This document shows, in pieces, positions 7,206 through 16,400 of a DNA stretch of 32,744 nt (within the stretch, counting starts at the first letter, position 1; each line of letters opens with the position of its first letter). A program made the translations under genes and the position numbers. Below the pieces are notes generated by a model. The model had not been told where the DNA came from and ran no database searches. It saw only the letters and a program-made list of their open reading frames with translations. Origin of the DNA: an uncultured Eubacteriales bacterium (GTDB lineage Bacteria; Bacillota; Clostridia; Christensenellales; UBA1242); contig CARFEX010000001.1 in NCBI GenBank assembly GCA_948971535.1, forward strand, positions 8,321-41,064, in the 5' to 3' direction.

Positions 7206-7496
7206 ATGCAAAATTATACAAATATCTTAGAAAGTTCAAAGGCCTTCAATAGATTAACACTCGCCCAAAATACAAGGCTTGATATTATTGGAGAACTTGA
7301 TGCAATAATTCAATATGAAAATCATATCGCATCATCAAATGATGAAGTAGTAAATCATACATTGCAAGACATAGCAAATGAAGAAAAGCTTCATGTAGGA
7401 CAATTATTCGGCCTTTTGTTCTATTTAGACCCAGAGTCAAAAACAATGTTTGAAAAAGGCCTTAACGAATTTTATAATGATAACAAAAAAAATTAA
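7206..7496 (+). CDS. Small ferritin-like / EncFtn-like (rubrerythrin-superfamily) protein
   Basis: 96 aa. Strong RBS AAAGGAGG 5 nt upstream. GELDAIIQYENH plus ANEEKLHVGQ (ExxH) resembles the di-iron ligand pattern of encapsulated-ferritin-type proteins. Confidence 0.55.
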   Translation: MQNYTNILESSKAFNRLTLAQNTRLDIIGELDAIIQYENHIASSNDEVVNHTLQDIANEEKLHVGQLFGLLFYLDPESKTMFEKGLNEFYNDNKKN

Positions 7497-7522
7497 GCAT
7501 ATCAGTGGATATGCTTTTTTAT
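7485..7522. terminator. Bidirectional rho-independent terminator between the ferritin-like gene and cwlD
   Basis: AAGCATATC (7495-7503) pairs with GATATGCTT (7508-7516) around an AGTG loop. An A-run lies upstream and a T-run downstream. Confidence 0.8.
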
Positions 7523-7523
7523 A

Positions 7524-8225
7524 TTACATCTGAAAATATTCTATTATACCAACTAAAATAGAATAACACATTTTTTCTCGATAGTCTTTTTGAACAAGCA
7601 ATTTTTCTTCTTCAGGGTTAGATAAAAAACCACACTCAATCAAAACACCTGCTTTCTTATGACAATTCAAAATAAAATAATCACCTACACTACTATTCTT
7701 TCTTGATAGTGGAAAATCACGAATTATAGAAGTCTGTATAGAATTAGCGAGTGCCCTACCAAGTTCATTACCCTTGCCATAAAACACCTGTGTACCTCTT
7801 GTAGAAGAAAGAGGAAAACTATTCATGTGCAAGCTAATAACTATATCAGCATTGCTATCTTCTATGATTTGTTTTCGTTTTTCCATTTCGCTACGTTTTT
7901 TATTTGGAGCATCTGGCTGATAAAGCCCGTTCATATCCGCTCTAGTAAGCACAACGCCAAACCCAAAACTTTCGCACACCTCTTTCAATGATAAAGCGTA
8001 CTCGAGATTAAGCTGACTCTCAGTTACACCACTCACCTTGCCTTCCGCACCGCCATCAATTCCACCATGTCCGGCGTCAATGACGATAGTGTGCAAAGGT
8101 TTTGGTGAACTCGATATTTTTGCTAGCGATGAATACAGCACAAACCCACTACCCAATATAATAATACATAATATTAAGGCTAAAATCGACTTCTTTTTAA
8201 TTGTAAAAAATTTAATTTTCATCAA
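7524..8225 (-). CDS. cwlD: N-acetylmuramoyl-L-alanine amidase, CwlD type (germination-specific)
   Basis: N-terminal TM segment, then Amidase_3 motifs IVIDAGHGGIDGGAEG and ADIVISLHMNSF, then GVLIECGFLSNPEEE. The 233-aa size matches CwlD. Confidence 0.85.
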   Translation of the reverse strand: MMKIKFFTIKKKSILALILCIIILGSGFVLYSSLAKISSSPKPLHTIVIDAGHGGIDGGAEGKVSGVTESQLNLEYALSLKEVCESFGFGVVLTRADMNGLYQPDAPNKKRSEMEKRKQIIEDSNADIVISLHMNSFPLSSTRGTQVFYGKGNELGRALANSIQTSIIRDFPLSRKNSSVGDYFILNCHKKAGVLIECGFLSNPEEEKLLVQKDYREKMCYSILVGIIEYFQM

Positions 8226-8362
8226 AGTATTGTATTAAAACAATTTTAAATAAATGCAAAAAGTTGGCACACTTTCTTGTAATCACAGATTTTCCATGAT
8301 AAATTATCAACAGAGATAAAAAATCTTTAAAAAAATAAAAGAATATATGTTATACTAAAATT

Positions 8363-9361
8363 ATGGAAAACAAAATTAACGAAATAAATAGACTCTATAT
8401 CCCAGCCCTCGCTGAAATAGAACAATTAAAAAATTTTTTAGATAAACGCCAAGTTGATTATGCTTTTGGGTTCCGTTATCAACATCATATATGGATAAAA
8501 GGGAATTTAATAGAAGAACAATATCCTATACCAGTAATGTATTGTTCCCTTCAAGGTAAAAGTATAGAGTTTGGCATTGATATTGTCCAAAATGAAGAAT
8601 ATATTGGATACTTAAAGTTACATCTTTCTAGAAAAGAACTTATAACCTTTGATTTCAAAAGTTTCAAAGACTTTAATTTCGAAATTTATCGTACTAACTA
8701 TCAGAAGATAAATAACATTAAAGAAATTAAACATTTAGAAGATAGTAACTTTTTAATCTACAGCAAATTCAAATCTATCGAACAAATTTATAAACTTATT
8801 GTAGACTCTACCGTTACCAAGCATAGAATACATAAAGGTGCTATCTTCTATTGTGATTGCAAACATGAAGTAACTATGCATACTAAACATGGAAAATGTC
8901 CCGTTTGTGGTAAAGAAAGCCCATATAAAAGAACTATAAAAATAAAATGTGATGTTTGTAGAAAAAAATATTTAACTTCCAAATATGATTATAAACCTTG
9001 TCCTAATTGTGGGTGGGTTAATGACATAATGTGTAGGAAATTTCCTAAAAATGCAATATCTTTATTTATGATTTCATTAAAGAAAGCTAGACAACTTTAT
9101 AAAATTAACGAGCCTTTTAGACCTAATTTTTATGATTTTCTTGAAGCTTTTGATTTTTATGGAGAAACTGGATTTAAATATAATAATATAGGCTTTGCTT
9201 TGTATAGGCATGGAGAAAATGGAATTGAAATGAACTGGGGACCAGAGCCAAATGGCACAATATACTTTAAAAACAAGGAAGATTTTATTGAAAATGCAAA
9301 AATTGGTGATGAGTATATAAAAGACATTTGGGATAGGATTGAAGAACCTAGTTATTTATAG
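8363..9361 (+). CDS. Hypothetical cysteine-rich protein with zinc-ribbon pairs and a CPCC-like module
   Basis: 332 aa. Cysteine pairs occur as CDCKHEVTMHTKHGKCPVCG, CDVCRKKYLTSKYDYKPCPNCGWVND. ISLKKARQLY follows, as in CPCC-family proteins (CPxCxWxDD ... SL.eAr.ny). The N-terminal 160 aa has no motif I recognise. Confidence 0.6.
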   Translation: MENKINEINRLYIPALAEIEQLKNFLDKRQVDYAFGFRYQHHIWIKGNLIEEQYPIPVMYCSLQGKSIEFGIDIVQNEEYIGYLKLHLSRKELITFDFKSFKDFNFEIYRTNYQKINNIKEIKHLEDSNFLIYSKFKSIEQIYKLIVDSTVTKHRIHKGAIFYCDCKHEVTMHTKHGKCPVCGKESPYKRTIKIKCDVCRKKYLTSKYDYKPCPNCGWVNDIMCRKFPKNAISLFMISLKKARQLYKINEPFRPNFYDFLEAFDFYGETGFKYNNIGFALYRHGENGIEMNWGPEPNGTIYFKNKEDFIENAKIGDEYIKDIWDRIEEPSYL

Positions 9362-9373
9362 ATGAATAAAAAA

Positions 9374-9396
9374 CATATCAAACTGATATGCTTTTT
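9374..9396 (+). terminator. Rho-independent terminator
   Basis: CATATCA (9374-9380) pairs with TGATATG (9384-9390), followed by CTTTTTG. Confidence 0.6.
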
Positions 9397-9398
9397 GT

Positions 9399-10391
9399 TT
9401 ATATATCCAAGCTATAAACATTGTAAAGTCTTGTTCTTGTAAAGGCTTTGTATTTTTTGCAGGCATTTTCAAAAAGTACATAAACTCTGCCGTCTACTAA
9501 TTCTATTTCTTCAGTCATACATGGAGCTTTTAATCTGCTAACCTCTGCATTTGCATCTAACATATAAACTGGAAGTTCACCACTTTCTATTGTAGTTGCA
9601 TGTGTAGCTGTTTTTTCTAAAACGTTATCATAGAGCATGATGTTCGAAGCTGGCAAACCGTATGAAGTTGAAAGCACAATTTTACCTTCTTTGTTAAAGG
9701 TCATTCCTTGCACAAGTCCTGGCATTGATATCCCCGCCTTTGGAGTTTCGCTTATTCCACAAATTGCAGTTTCATCCAAGTCATATATTAAACTTAAAGC
9801 AGGATTAATTTGGTCATTAGAAGTTTTTATATGATGGCTTTCAGGTGTATCATAGTTCCCTTTTCTATAAAATTCACCAACTATCAAACTTGTCTTGTTT
9901 TCTGAGTTTGTATAAGTTAAAACAAAGTCAGCTCCATTTCTAGTTTCTCTTTGGTCTAAAATTTCCACCTTGCTTTCATTCTCTGCATTAAGAGCTTCTG
10001 TCAAGCTGAATCTATAAATATGTTTATCGCCAACTATCCAAGCGTTATCTTGATAAGTTGTAATTCCTCCGCAATGTCCGACATAATCATCTCCGTCACT
10101 TGTTAAAGTTATGTATTTGCTAGCTTTGTCTTCACCCTTTTTAACAAAATACACACGACTAGCCCCACCCTTACTCATATATCCACCAATCAAAAACATT
10201 TCATTTTCTTGATTGTACGTCAATCCTTGTGGAGAAAAATGCGTGTCAAGTCCTGGAATAGCAAATTCTTGTTGAGCTTTAGCATAAAAATCTCCAAAAC
10301 TAGCACCAAAATAATAAACCATTAGCGCTACAAATAAAATTGCTAGAAATGCACTAATAGAAATTAATGTAATTTTCTTTTTCTTACTCAT
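9399..10391 (-). CDS. Hypothetical protein, N-terminal signal-anchor, extracytoplasmic beta-rich domain
   Basis: 330 aa. MSKKKKITLISISAFLAILFVALMVYYF is a positively charged N-terminus followed by a TM segment with no lipobox Cys. I recognise no family motif in the rest. Confidence 0.6.
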   Translation of the reverse strand: MSKKKKITLISISAFLAILFVALMVYYFGASFGDFYAKAQQEFAIPGLDTHFSPQGLTYNQENEMFLIGGYMSKGGASRVYFVKKGEDKASKYITLTSDGDDYVGHCGGITTYQDNAWIVGDKHIYRFSLTEALNAENESKVEILDQRETRNGADFVLTYTNSENKTSLIVGEFYRKGNYDTPESHHIKTSNDQINPALSLIYDLDETAICGISETPKAGISMPGLVQGMTFNKEGKIVLSTSYGLPASNIMLYDNVLEKTATHATTIESGELPVYMLDANAEVSRLKAPCMTEEIELVDGRVYVLFENACKKYKAFTRTRLYNVYSLDI

Positions 10392-10460
10392 ATCTCTATC
10401 TCCTAAGTTTTATTATATCACAATCATAAATTATACAAAAACAAAAATATAGTAAATATA

Positions 10461-10488
10461 AAAAGCATATCAACAAATATGCTTTTTT
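10461..10488. terminator. Bidirectional rho-independent terminator downstream of prfA
   Basis: AAAAGCATAT (10461-10470) pairs with ATATGCTTTT (10477-10486) around a CAACAA loop, flanked by T/A runs. Confidence 0.75.
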
Positions 10489-10512
10489 GATATTTTTTTT
10501 AATTGACTCCTC

Positions 10513-11598
10513 TTAGGCATTAGCAAGTTTTTCTGCTCTATCTTTTATAATTAATGCTTCGATAAATTGGTCTATATCTCCATCAAGAACGCCATTAATA
10601 TTGTATGAAGTTACATTTACGCGATGGTCTGTAACCCTTCCTTGTGGATAATTGTATGTACGCACTCTTTCAGAGCGGTCCCCCGTTCCAACCTGAGATT
10701 TTCTCTGTTCTTTATATTCGCTATCTTGTTGCTCTTTATAAAACTCATAAAGTTTTGAGCGAAGAATAGAAAATGCTCTTTCTTTGTTTTTAAGCTGTGA
10801 ACGTTCATCTTGACATGCAACAATGATACCTGTTGGAATGTGCGTGATACGAATTGCTGACTCAGTTTTATTAACGTGCTGTCCACCAGCTCCTGACGAA
10901 CGATATGTATCAATTCGTAAATCCTTTTCATCAATCTCAACATCCACATCTTCCACCTCTGGAAGCACTGCAACTGTTGAAGTTGAGGTATGAATACGTC
11001 CCTGCGATTCTGTTTCTGGCACACGTTGAACTCTATGAACTCCACTTTCATATTTAAGTCTACTATAAGCACCCTTACCTTTAACCATAAAGGTAACCTC
11101 TTTTATTCCGCCCAGTTCGGTTTCTGAAAGGTCAAGGATTTCACATTTCCAACGTCTTTTTTCCGCATAATATTGATACATTCTAAGAAGTACAGAACAG
11201 AAAAGTGAACTCTCTTCACCGCCTGCTGCCGAACGAATTTCTATAATGCAATTGTTGTCATCATTGACATCTTTTGGAAGTAATAAAATTTTAACCTCCT
11301 CAATTTTTTCTTCAATTTGAACCTTCAATGAACCTATTTCATGATAAAACATATCACGAATTTCTGCATCAGTTTCCACTTCATAATCATTTTGACAACT
11401 TTTATAATTTGACATAAGAGAAGCTAGCTGATCATGAGCCGATGCTAATTCCTCTAGCATTGAGCGCTCTTTTACCAGCTTTTTCCATTCCTTGTTGTCT
11501 GCAATTATTTCTGGTTTTGAAACTAGTTCTGTCAGTTCATCAAATCTTGATTTTGCCTTTTGTGTTTTTTCTAGAATATCAGTTCCTAACTCTTCCAT
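10513..11598 (-). CDS. prfA: Peptide chain release factor 1
   Basis: GGQ motif (SSGAGGQHVNKTESAIRITHIPTG). RF1-type PxT context RVQRVPETESQGRIHTSTSTV. 361 aa. RBS AAAGGA is 8 nt upstream. The start overlaps the prmC stop by 20 nt. Confidence 0.95.
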   Translation of the reverse strand: MEELGTDILEKTQKAKSRFDELTELVSKPEIIADNKEWKKLVKERSMLEELASAHDQLASLMSNYKSCQNDYEVETDAEIRDMFYHEIGSLKVQIEEKIEEVKILLLPKDVNDDNNCIIEIRSAAGGEESSLFCSVLLRMYQYYAEKRRWKCEILDLSETELGGIKEVTFMVKGKGAYSRLKYESGVHRVQRVPETESQGRIHTSTSTVAVLPEVEDVDVEIDEKDLRIDTYRSSGAGGQHVNKTESAIRITHIPTGIIVACQDERSQLKNKERAFSILRSKLYEFYKEQQDSEYKEQRKSQVGTGDRSERVRTYNYPQGRVTDHRVNVTSYNINGVLDGDIDQFIEALIIKDRAEKLANA

Positions 11599-13297
11599 AA
11601 ATTATCCTTTCTATTTTATTATAGTCTTTTATTATCTCAATGTCACTAAACCCAGCATCTTTCATAAGTGCCTTTACCTCTTCAGCTTGACCTATTCCAA
11701 GTTCAAAATACAACATTCCATTTTTAGCAAGATGCTTCTTTGAGTTTTCAATAATCTTTTTATAAAAATCTAATCCGTCATTTCCCCCATCGAGAGCAAG
11801 TTTAGGGTCAAACTTTTTAACTTCTATATCAAGCTTTTCTATATCTCCACTTTTGATATATGGAGGATTTGATACTATTATATCAAACTTTTTATTTTTT
11901 TTCAAGCCAGCAAACAGGTCAGAACAAATAAAGTCTACTTTAACATCCTGTTTTTTTGCATTATTTTCCGCAGTTTGCAACGCAGGTCTTGAAATATCAA
12001 TTGCAGTCATTTTTACATTGGAATTTTTTGCAATAGCGATAGCTATCGCCCCGCTTCCAGTACAAAGGTCACACACTTCTGGGTTCTTTCTTTTTGTAAT
12101 TTCTTTCAAAACCTCTTCAACCAAAATTTCAGTTTCCATACGTGGACTTAAAACTTTTTTGTTTACGTCTAGTCTCAACCCATAGAAGTCTACATAACCA
12201 AATATACTTGAAATTGGTTCTCCCTTACTTCGTCTTGCAGTTGCACGCAAAATATCACGATATTCTTTGGCAGTTATACTTCTGACTAGCTTTACCTCAC
12301 TACGATTTATATTTAGAACATTTGCAATAAGCCAGTCATAATCACTCTCTTCCACTCGTTCATTGCTTGAAAGTTTGGTTTGCATTTCGGCAAGCAGTGC
12401 CGACATAGGCACTCTATCTTTTTCCACTTCTTTAACATCCTTATCATAAGATTGTTCAAGCATTGTAACCTTAACTATTTCAAGGTGAGTTACAGTTGGC
12501 GTCATGGTATAAAGCCATGCAAATGCGATGTGCAAATCTTTAATCCAATTTTGTTTTACAATAGAGAGTACATAAAGCATTTCATAAGTTAAACTTAAGC
12601 ACAATATAAAAATTGCTAAATTAATAAGCCAATCTATTTCCCATAATACTTGAACTGATAAAAATGATACCATAAAAACAGAAAACAATAAAGCAAAAAA
12701 AGCAAAATTTAAAAAATTTAATGGATGATAAATTGAAGCTTCTGCTGATAGTTTTTTATTTTCACCAGAATTGACAGCTTTATTGCAAGCACCATTAAAA
12801 CGAAACAGCTCTTGCATGAATGGCATAAATCGAAAACAAAGAAAAGTTAAGTACAATATAGCAACACGAAGTAGTGCAATAATAAAAGTGGATAAATAAT
12901 AATTACCATTAAACCCCCATGTTGTCTTAAGTAAAAATGAAGGTAATACACCTATAGCAAAAAGACCATATAAAAGTCCAAATATTAAACTTGCAAAAAA
13001 CATAACATAGACAGAAGCTATATTAAATTTTTTTGCAATTTTGTAAGTTATATTTTTATCTTTTTCTTCAATATTATCAAGTGTCAGTCCCTTTGAATAA
13101 ACTTTGCATAGATATGCTATTCCAACAAAAAAGTATATCACACCGCGAATAATTGGAATATCCAAAAGTTTGAAATTGGTTTTAACTTTTTCTCTACCAA
13201 CCTTTTTATTACCATAATTATTGACAATGGCAACAATCATTTTGGTTTGGTCAAAACAACCTATGCCACTTCCGACTGGTAAAAATATCTTCTTCAT
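11579..13297 (-). CDS. prmC: Fusion protein: DUF1385 (YqhQ)-like polytopic membrane domain plus release-factor glutamine N5-methyltransferase PrmC/HemK
   Basis: The C-terminal ~270 aa is classic PrmC, with FGYVDFYGLRLDVNKKVLSPRMETE, DLCTGSGAIAIAIA and IIVSNPPYI. The N-terminal ~300 aa has IPIIRGVIYFFVGIAYL and several TM segments, like DUF1385. Start set at M42 (MKKIFLPVG, ATG at 13297) because the track ORF's first 41 codons cross the upstream terminator and the stop of the giant gene. Confidence 0.85.
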   Translation of the reverse strand: MKKIFLPVGSGIGCFDQTKMIVAIVNNYGNKKVGREKVKTNFKLLDIPIIRGVIYFFVGIAYLCKVYSKGLTLDNIEEKDKNITYKIAKKFNIASVYVMFFASLIFGLLYGLFAIGVLPSFLLKTTWGFNGNYYLSTFIIALLRVAILYLTFLCFRFMPFMQELFRFNGACNKAVNSGENKKLSAEASIYHPLNFLNFAFFALLFSVFMVSFLSVQVLWEIDWLINLAIFILCLSLTYEMLYVLSIVKQNWIKDLHIAFAWLYTMTPTVTHLEIVKVTMLEQSYDKDVKEVEKDRVPMSALLAEMQTKLSSNERVEESDYDWLIANVLNINRSEVKLVRSITAKEYRDILRATARRSKGEPISSIFGYVDFYGLRLDVNKKVLSPRMETEILVEEVLKEITKRKNPEVCDLCTGSGAIAIAIAKNSNVKMTAIDISRPALQTAENNAKKQDVKVDFICSDLFAGLKKNKKFDIIVSNPPYIKSGDIEKLDIEVKKFDPKLALDGGNDGLDFYKKIIENSKKHLAKNGMLYFELGIGQAEEVKALMKDAGFSDIEIIKDYNKIERIIYGRVRN

Positions 13298-13375
13298 ACT
13301 ATGATTATTAACTTTATAAATTGGTTTTAATCGTTTAGTTAAAGTAAAGTTTGTTTTTATTTTATTAGTTTTGAT

Positions 13376-13399
13376 AAAAAAGAACGCATTAAGCGTTCT
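13376..13399 (-). terminator. Rho-independent terminator of the giant gene
   Basis: AGAACGC (13381-13387) pairs with GCGTTCT (13393-13399), with extendable A/T flanks. On the minus strand a T-run follows (plus-strand A-run 13376-13380). It lies 8 nt past the TAA at 13407-13409. Confidence 0.8.
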
Positions 13400-13406
13400 T
13401 TTTTTA

Positions 13407-16400
13407 TTAGCTATTTGCAAGCTCTTCCAGTTTCTTTCTTCTCTTTCTTCTTGTAAGAATAATTATAACTACAATTAAGATAATCAATACAATTATTCCG
13501 CAAGCAACAGATATTCCGATTATAAGAGCATTATTTGTTGGTAGAACTTGAGCATGTTCGGTTATATGATGGAACAAACCATTATGAGATGTTATTGGTT
13601 TTTCATATGTTTTATATAACTCGATATTTTCTATGCTATTTGTTCCTAGGTCAAGAACACCATCGAATGGATTTTGTTCTATTCCTATTGGCTCCCAGAA
13701 CCTACCTGCTAAGTTAAGGCTTCTTGTAAGCTTGTAATAAGCTTGTGCATAAGCAAGATTTTCTTCGGTATTTATCATATAAGCTACATACGCAAGGTCT
13801 GCTTCGCTAGAAATGATGAATGGTTTATTTGCAGAGCCTTTACCTTCAAGTCTATCAGAACGAACTTCAGTCCAAATATTTCTAGCAAAATTGATTTCGA
13901 TAGAAATTGGTTTTGTAAGGTCTGGTTTATAGTTTGAAAGTGCAGGAGTGTAAATTTCTATACGTTTAGAAATTGAATTGTAACCAATATAATCTTTGTT
14001 AAAGTCTAGAATATATCTGCTTCCATTTGCTAAAAGCGCTACTGTTTCTACCCTGTAGTTAGCTCTTAGAGCTACATCCAAATAAAGTGTATTTCCAAAT
14101 GGGACTTTGTCAGTTTCTGAATCAGTGACAATAGTCATAGTTCCACCATTTGGTTTTCTATAAATAATTGTACCTGCAACTTCTACGTTGATATTGCCGT
14201 CTTTGAGATTTACGTTGAATTTAAAGCTAATTTGCTTGTTAGTTGCGACAGGAGCTAATACAATCATATTTTCATGAATGCTACCTGTAATACCAACAAT
14301 GTCGTCAGCAATAATCTCATAAATGTAAGCATCTTCATCTAGCACATATTGAGGTAGACTATATTTTTCATTCCATGCAACACTGTATCCATAATCAGCG
14401 GAAAGCTTAATCTTAACTATGTCCCCAACTTTGGCTTCATATTCTCTTAATATTTCACTTCCATCTGTATATACAATGCCATTGATTTCTAAATAAGTTA
14501 TCTTTCCATGTTCAGCAAATGCAGAATCGATTATTCTAACACCAACTACGTCACCTTCAAATACAGCAACAAGATTTAGAGGTTCAACTCTTCCAGCAGG
14601 AACTTTATAGCGCCAAATAGCAGTATAATATTTGCCTTCTGGAGTATTGTGTTCAATAGTTTCTCCTTCGCCTTTTTCACCAAATGGTTGTCCGTCCAAA
14701 GTTTCCCATCCAACAAACTTGTATCCTCTATGCTCTTCGGCAACTAGAGTAAACTCTTTTGTTGAATCAAATGAACCTTCGCTTGTAGCAGACTTTCCTT
14801 CTTGCACAAGGCTAGCTTTACCACCTTTATTGTTGACAGTAAGACTAAATTCAACTTCATAAACAGCTGTTATAGTTACCTCACCAAGTCCAGCAATATA
14901 AGTGTAATTTTTGTCAGTATGAGGTAATCCATCTTCTACACCATCACGTGCTACAACCCATTTAATGAACTTGTAGCCTTCAAATGGATAAGCTTGAAGA
15001 GTCATTTCAGTTCCAACAAGAACTTCAGCATAGAATTTCTTATCAATATCTGTCCATGAAGTATCTTTATTAAGGTTTGTAACAATATCCCTAACATTGA
15101 TATCCGTCTTATCTTTGAGTTCTGGTGGAATGAAATCTATAGTAAGTCTTTCTTTTTCAAATGACCAAGAAGCATAAATTGAATAAGTGTTGGTATTTTT
15201 ATCATAGTTTTCAACCTGTTTGTAACTACCGCTTACCCATTCATAAACATTTTCAAACCAAGCTGATATAGCATTTCCTTTTGCATCGATGTATTGATTG
15301 CCCATACCAAGAACTTTTGTGAAATATCCTTCAAAAGTAAACCCTGGTTTTGAAGCAACAATCTTTTCACGTATTTCATCAGTTATAACAAGATTTGAAC
15401 CATATCTGATATTTTCAAATACATATAGTGTTTCAGTTTCATTTACAAGAGCAACATTATATGTTTTTGGTTCAACATAGATTATAATTTCGCCACCTCT
15501 ATCTATTCCGCTTATCAAGAGGTTTGCCTTTTGAATAAATCCGTCTTGTTGCCATTTTGAACTACCGTCTTCATCGATATTGGTAGTAATAAGCGATTTA
15601 AGATTTTCATCATTAACATAGTATTTAATATTTCCACTATTATCCAAAACAAGTTGGTAGTTGAAACCAATATTAATTCCAATATTAACGTTTGCTGTTG
15701 TAACAGCATTGATGATAGCATTTGAAGTACCAGTTGTCGCACTAACAAGAGGGCTTGTGGTGTCTACTACAAACTTACCTGCAGCGATATCGACATTGCC
15801 ACCTTCGGTTCTAAATCTTATGTTAACTTGATTGTACTCTGCAATAAAGTTACCATTGATTTTAGCATTATCTTTAATCTTTGACACTTCAAAGTGAACT
15901 TTTTCTAGTTCCTTACCATTTTCAGTAATCTTATTTCTAGAAATTTCTCTTATTTCAAGTTGACTATCTCCATCGACATAGAATTTGTAACCTTTGTTAA
16001 CCTTTGCAATAAAGTAAAGTGTTGCATCAGTTTCAGAAAGCAATCTATAATGAGCTCCGTCAACCTTGAAACCTTCACCTGGGTATGGGTCAAGATAACT
16101 TGCGTTATTGTCTAGATTACCCTCCTTATCAGCAAGGTAAATCTTTCCACCGTCATCTACTCCATAAGTTCTTGAAAGAGCAACTTCCAATATTCCACGA
16201 ACGGTAATATAGGCTTCTCTTGCTTCATAAGAGATATTGATTGTGTCAGGTGTTGAAGTTGAAACAGGAAGAGTAATAACATTTGTTTGAGCATCATACC
16301 ATTCACTTCCGTCAACAATAGCACCAGCTAAAGTAAATTCTACTATTGTTTCATAACCCTCATAAGCACTTATAGTAACCACAAGGTCATTTCCAAAACT

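Noticed and set aside
10617-11072. 151-aa ORF in an alternative minus-strand frame inside prfA
   Set aside because: It is fully embedded in the strongly supported RF1 coding frame and has no independent signals.
13298-13420. 41-codon N-terminal extension of the DUF1385::PrmC ORF (MQIANKKRTLNAFFF...)
   Set aside because: It would overlap the giant gene's stop codon and run straight through its rho-independent terminator. The sequence is Lys/Asn/Thr-rich filler. MKKIFLPVG at 13297 is the plausible start, although its RBS is weak.
13530-13547. Possible LPXTG-type sortase signal (QVLPTNNA) just before the C-terminal hydrophobic helix and basic tail of the giant protein
   Set aside because: The layout of motif, TM helix and basic tail is sortase-like. 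However, the sequence is L-P-T-N-N, so Thr is not at position 4 and no Gly/Ala/Asn follows in the right register. I treat it as a plain TM anchor. It is worth re-checking only if an unusual sortase is found in the genome.
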